Source: Phoronis australis
Taxonomy: Eukaryota > Animalia > Phoronida
Length of the DNA: 64,000 nucleotides
NCBI GenBank assembly: GCA_002633005.1
Contig: NMRA01000012.1
Span: forward strand, 1,542,357-1,606,356
Direction: 5' to 3'
Part shown: in pieces, positions 63,036 through 64,000 of the stretch
Numbering within the stretch: position 1 is the first letter of the stretch
Layout: each line of letters opens with the position of its first letter
Translations under genes and position numbers: made by a program
The notes under the pieces: model-generated
Databases searched by the model: none
Told to the model about the DNA's origin: nothing
What the model saw: only the letters and a program-made list of their open reading frames with translations

Positions 63036-64000
63036 CTGGTTACTTATAAAAATTAGTAATGATTTTGACTTGCTCTTCTGTGTAACTGAGCGCTGTATCA
63101 AGCCCGTTTACTAGCTGCTAAATCAAACTTCGGGTTAGACATCACTAACACTAGACAGTAGACAGTGACCACCATCTCTAGTTGAACTACAGATGGTGAA
63201 ACTCCTATAAGCCCTTCATTCCCCGGAATCTTTTCAGCGAATTATGCCTCACAAAGATTAAAACATCAAAGTCATGTTGTTGCGTGCGCTGTGTCAAAAT
63301 GGCCAGTTTCCAATTTTGGGAAGTGAATAAAGGAAGTCCTGCTCAAAGAGAAAGTTTGACAATGGGAGTTTTGTCAGGATTATTTGTTCGAGTTGGAAGG
63401 AATTAAGTACTAGTCCACGAGAGCACCAGCCATGAGCGGCAAGGTGGGGGTCAGCCGATTTTCACCAAATTTGGCACATAGGTAGTCCTATGGGATCTAT
63501 AAACAGCTGTAAAATATTTCCTCAAAATATTGCGTTTTTCTAAAGTTATAGGCTCAAACACATTTTACGGCTTCGCAGCCATGTTTTCACGGTATAAAAA
63601 CTGTCCAGTTTTAACTGTTCATATTTTTTCTTGAATGAAAGCTATTGATTTATTATTCACTTGGCATTGTTTAGTGGTGCCTGTAGATTGTTACACAGAT
63701 GTCTTGAAACACGATTCCGATTTACCACCCTCATTTAGTAGTTTTACTACACTGCCCCCCGTTATGCCATTTTGAGGTTGTGTTCAGTACACTGNCTGGT
63801 TACTTATAAAGATTAGTAATGATTTTGACTTGCTCTTCTGTGTAACTGAGCACTGTATCAAGCACGTTTACTAGCTGCTAAATCAAACTTCGGGTTAGAC
63901 ATCACTAACACTAGACAGAAGACAGTGACCACCATCTCTAGTTGAACTACAGATGGTGAAACTCCTATAAGCCCTTCATTCCCCGGAATCTTTTCAGCGA
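63036..64000. repeat. 205-bp direct duplication (63036-63240 versus 63796-64000)
   Basis: Four substitutions seen between the copies; the second copy begins right after a single N at 63795. Confidence 0.9.

Overview
Intron-rich, AT-rich animal genomic DNA, probably from a marine invertebrate (taxon not determinable here), with one assembly gap (8548-9096) and a single N at 63795. Four spliced protein-coding genes can be read. (1) The last three exons of an SLC7A9/b(0,+)AT-like amino-acid transporter (+, 7286-11593). (2) After about 24 kb of non-coding DNA, a 2125-aa C2H2 zinc-finger protein in one giant exon (+, 35757-42134), with about 25 mostly paired fingers and CtBP-type PxDLS motifs. (3) A small four-exon gene (-, 52555-48217) encoding an N-terminal chromodomain with an intact methyl-lysine cage, a Ser/Thr-rich linker and a C-terminal transmembrane helix. 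This looks like a tail-anchored membrane-bound chromatin reader and is the most novel item. (4) An RPRD1A/B (CID-domain) gene (-, 62715-57358; exon 1 lies beyond the window). Its phase-1 intron carries a 39-nt microexon and a same-strand vertnin/OTU-like cysteine-protease exon whose acceptor is in frame with the CID exons, which could give a CID-OTU fusion isoform. Introns and intergenic DNA hold a Helentron-type non-autonomous element with an amplified end, several MITEs and foldbacks, minisatellites and a probable haplotype-junction duplication at the window end. All calls come from reading the sequence by eye; no searches were run.
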